Assembly (NCBI GenBank): GCA_040389185.1
Contig: JAZKAJ010000006.1
Coordinates: 2,914-66,913 of the forward strand
Source of the DNA: Patescibacteria group bacterium
GTDB lineage: Bacteria; Patescibacteriota; Minisyncoccia; Phycocordibacterales; CAIRYW01
Direction of reading: 5' to 3'
DNA length: 64,000 nucleotides
The notes beneath the pieces are model-generated. The model was not told the DNA's origin. It saw only the letters and a list, made by a program, of their open reading frames with translations, and did not search any database. The position numbers and the translations under genes are program-made. This document shows positions 63,308 through 64,000 of this stretch, one piece after another; position 1 is the first letter of the stretch; each line of letters starts with the position of its first letter.

Positions 63308-63748
63308 TTATCTTGCAAAGGCTTTAAATATAAAGTACCCGATCACAACACCAAGTCCGTTTAATATTACATCATCAATATCAAATATACCTGTTTTCAG
63401 TACCACCTGCACCCCTTCAATAGCAACTGGAACAAGAACTGCAAGAACTAGACATTTTTTAAATGTCATATTTCGATAAACGCTTGCCGCAAGAAATCCA
63501 AATGGTATGAGCAACGCGATATTCCCAATAATATTTGCGCTCGCAATAAGCCATCCACTACGACCCAAAAGGTATGGCCAAATAGTTTTAAACGGTACGA
63601 AGTTTGACTGACCATTTGCATCTGATCCTCCAAACTTAAGCATGAGGTGTCCAATCCGAATAACCGGAATCTCTCTAAACACCATTACTTTTATGAGTAT
63701 TGCGCTGTAAGCAATGAGAACTAGAGTTGATACTGGATGTTTTTTCAA
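63308..63748 (-). CDS. VanZ-family membrane protein
   Basis: NIIGNIALLIPFGFL ... DIDDVILNGLGVVIGY VanZ signature. 4 TM helices. Confidence 0.8.
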   Translation of the reverse strand: MKKHPVSTLVLIAYSAILIKVMVFREIPVIRIGHLMLKFGGSDANGQSNFVPFKTIWPYLLGRSGWLIASANIIGNIALLIPFGFLAASVYRNMTFKKCLVLAVLVPVAIEGVQVVLKTGIFDIDDVILNGLGVVIGYFIFKAFAR

Positions 63749-63757
63749 AAGAATTTC

Positions 63758-64000
63758 TTAAGCTTTGATTGTCTGTTTTACTTTGAAGTTACCGCGGAAA
63801 AATGGTCCTCCATCTACCCCTTCACCAAGTTCCCCTGTCATAATGTCATATCCTCCATCTTCATGAGTAAAGACCCCAATCTCATCCCCTGCTCCCGCAA
63901 ACCAACACTGTGCAGCTGATACTTCTCCCGCGAGAAGTCCCTTACTATCTATACCGCCTGTGCCGCCTACTACACTACAACTTCCCTGGAATTTTCCTAT
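63758..64000 (-). CDS. hypothetical protein, C-terminal 80 aa only; continues past the window end
   Basis: Manual translation gives ...GKFQGSCSVVGGTGGIDSKGLLAGEVSAAQCWFAGAGDEIGVFTHEDGGYDIMTGELGEGVDGGPFFRGNFKVKQTIKA*. Stop at 63758. Not in the track because it is truncated. Confidence 0.4.
   Translation of the reverse strand: MGKFQGSCSVVGGTGGIDSKGLLAGEVSAAQCWFAGAGDEIGVFTHEDGGYDIMTGELGEGVDGGPFFRGNFKVKQTIKA

Noticed and set aside
1-64000. Search for CRISPR arrays, tRNA/rRNA genes, integrases or transposases
   Set aside because: No regularly spaced direct repeats, no GTTCGA-type T-arm signatures in intergenic DNA, and no recombinase motifs found by eye. None reported.

Overview
The window reads as a dense, low-GC (~35%) stretch of small genes on the standard genetic code: long ORFs have no in-frame TGA. 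I infer a reduced-genome bacterium of the CPR/Patescibacteria type from gene content, but cannot prove this from sequence alone. I found no tRNA, rRNA, CRISPR array, integrase or transposase.

The main blocks are:
- **Cell-surface glycan locus, 1..21135.** An O-antigen-ligase-like membrane protein, a GT2 polyprenyl-phosphate glycosyltransferase plus a GT39/83-like membrane glycosyltransferase plus GtrA, a Wzx-like flippase, a LicC-like nucleotidyltransferase, a TagB/TagF-like glycerophosphotransferase, five GT4 enzymes, two CE4 deacetylases, four methyltransferases and a truncated UDP-sugar dehydrogenase.
- **Phosphonate branch inside that locus, 14294..18893.** A cytidylyltransferase fused to a PEP phosphomutase carrying the EDK-X5-NS motif, a phosphonopyruvate decarboxylase, an Fe-type alcohol dehydrogenase and a sulfotransferase-fold protein. 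The fused-enzyme architecture resembles Fom1/Fom2/FomC of fosfomycin biosynthesis.
- **Peptidoglycan genes** murC and murD, separated from a glycosyltransferase gene by a four-helix-bundle gene bracketed by 25-bp inverted repeats (IVS-like).
- **Surface-fibre locus, 26772..39777.** A TraD/VirD4-like ATPase, a repeat protein with a C-terminal membrane anchor, a small membrane protein, a protein with three LamG domains, and a 2427-aa secreted giant. The giant has LVIVD beta-propeller repeats, tail-fibre-like motifs and a C-terminal phage-type intramolecular-chaperone self-cleaving domain.
- **Flavinylation module** (ApbE, an FMN-binding protein with an SGAS motif, DoxX), an M23 peptidase and three peptidoglycan-binding-domain proteins.
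- **Regulatory and other genes.** An OmpR-type two-component system, a GC-rich islet encoding an ECF sigma factor, a frameshifted methyltransferase pseudogene, an ATP-grasp/CYTH/HD trio, a heterodimeric ABC exporter pair, and a PadR-PspC pair with a strong bidirectional terminator.
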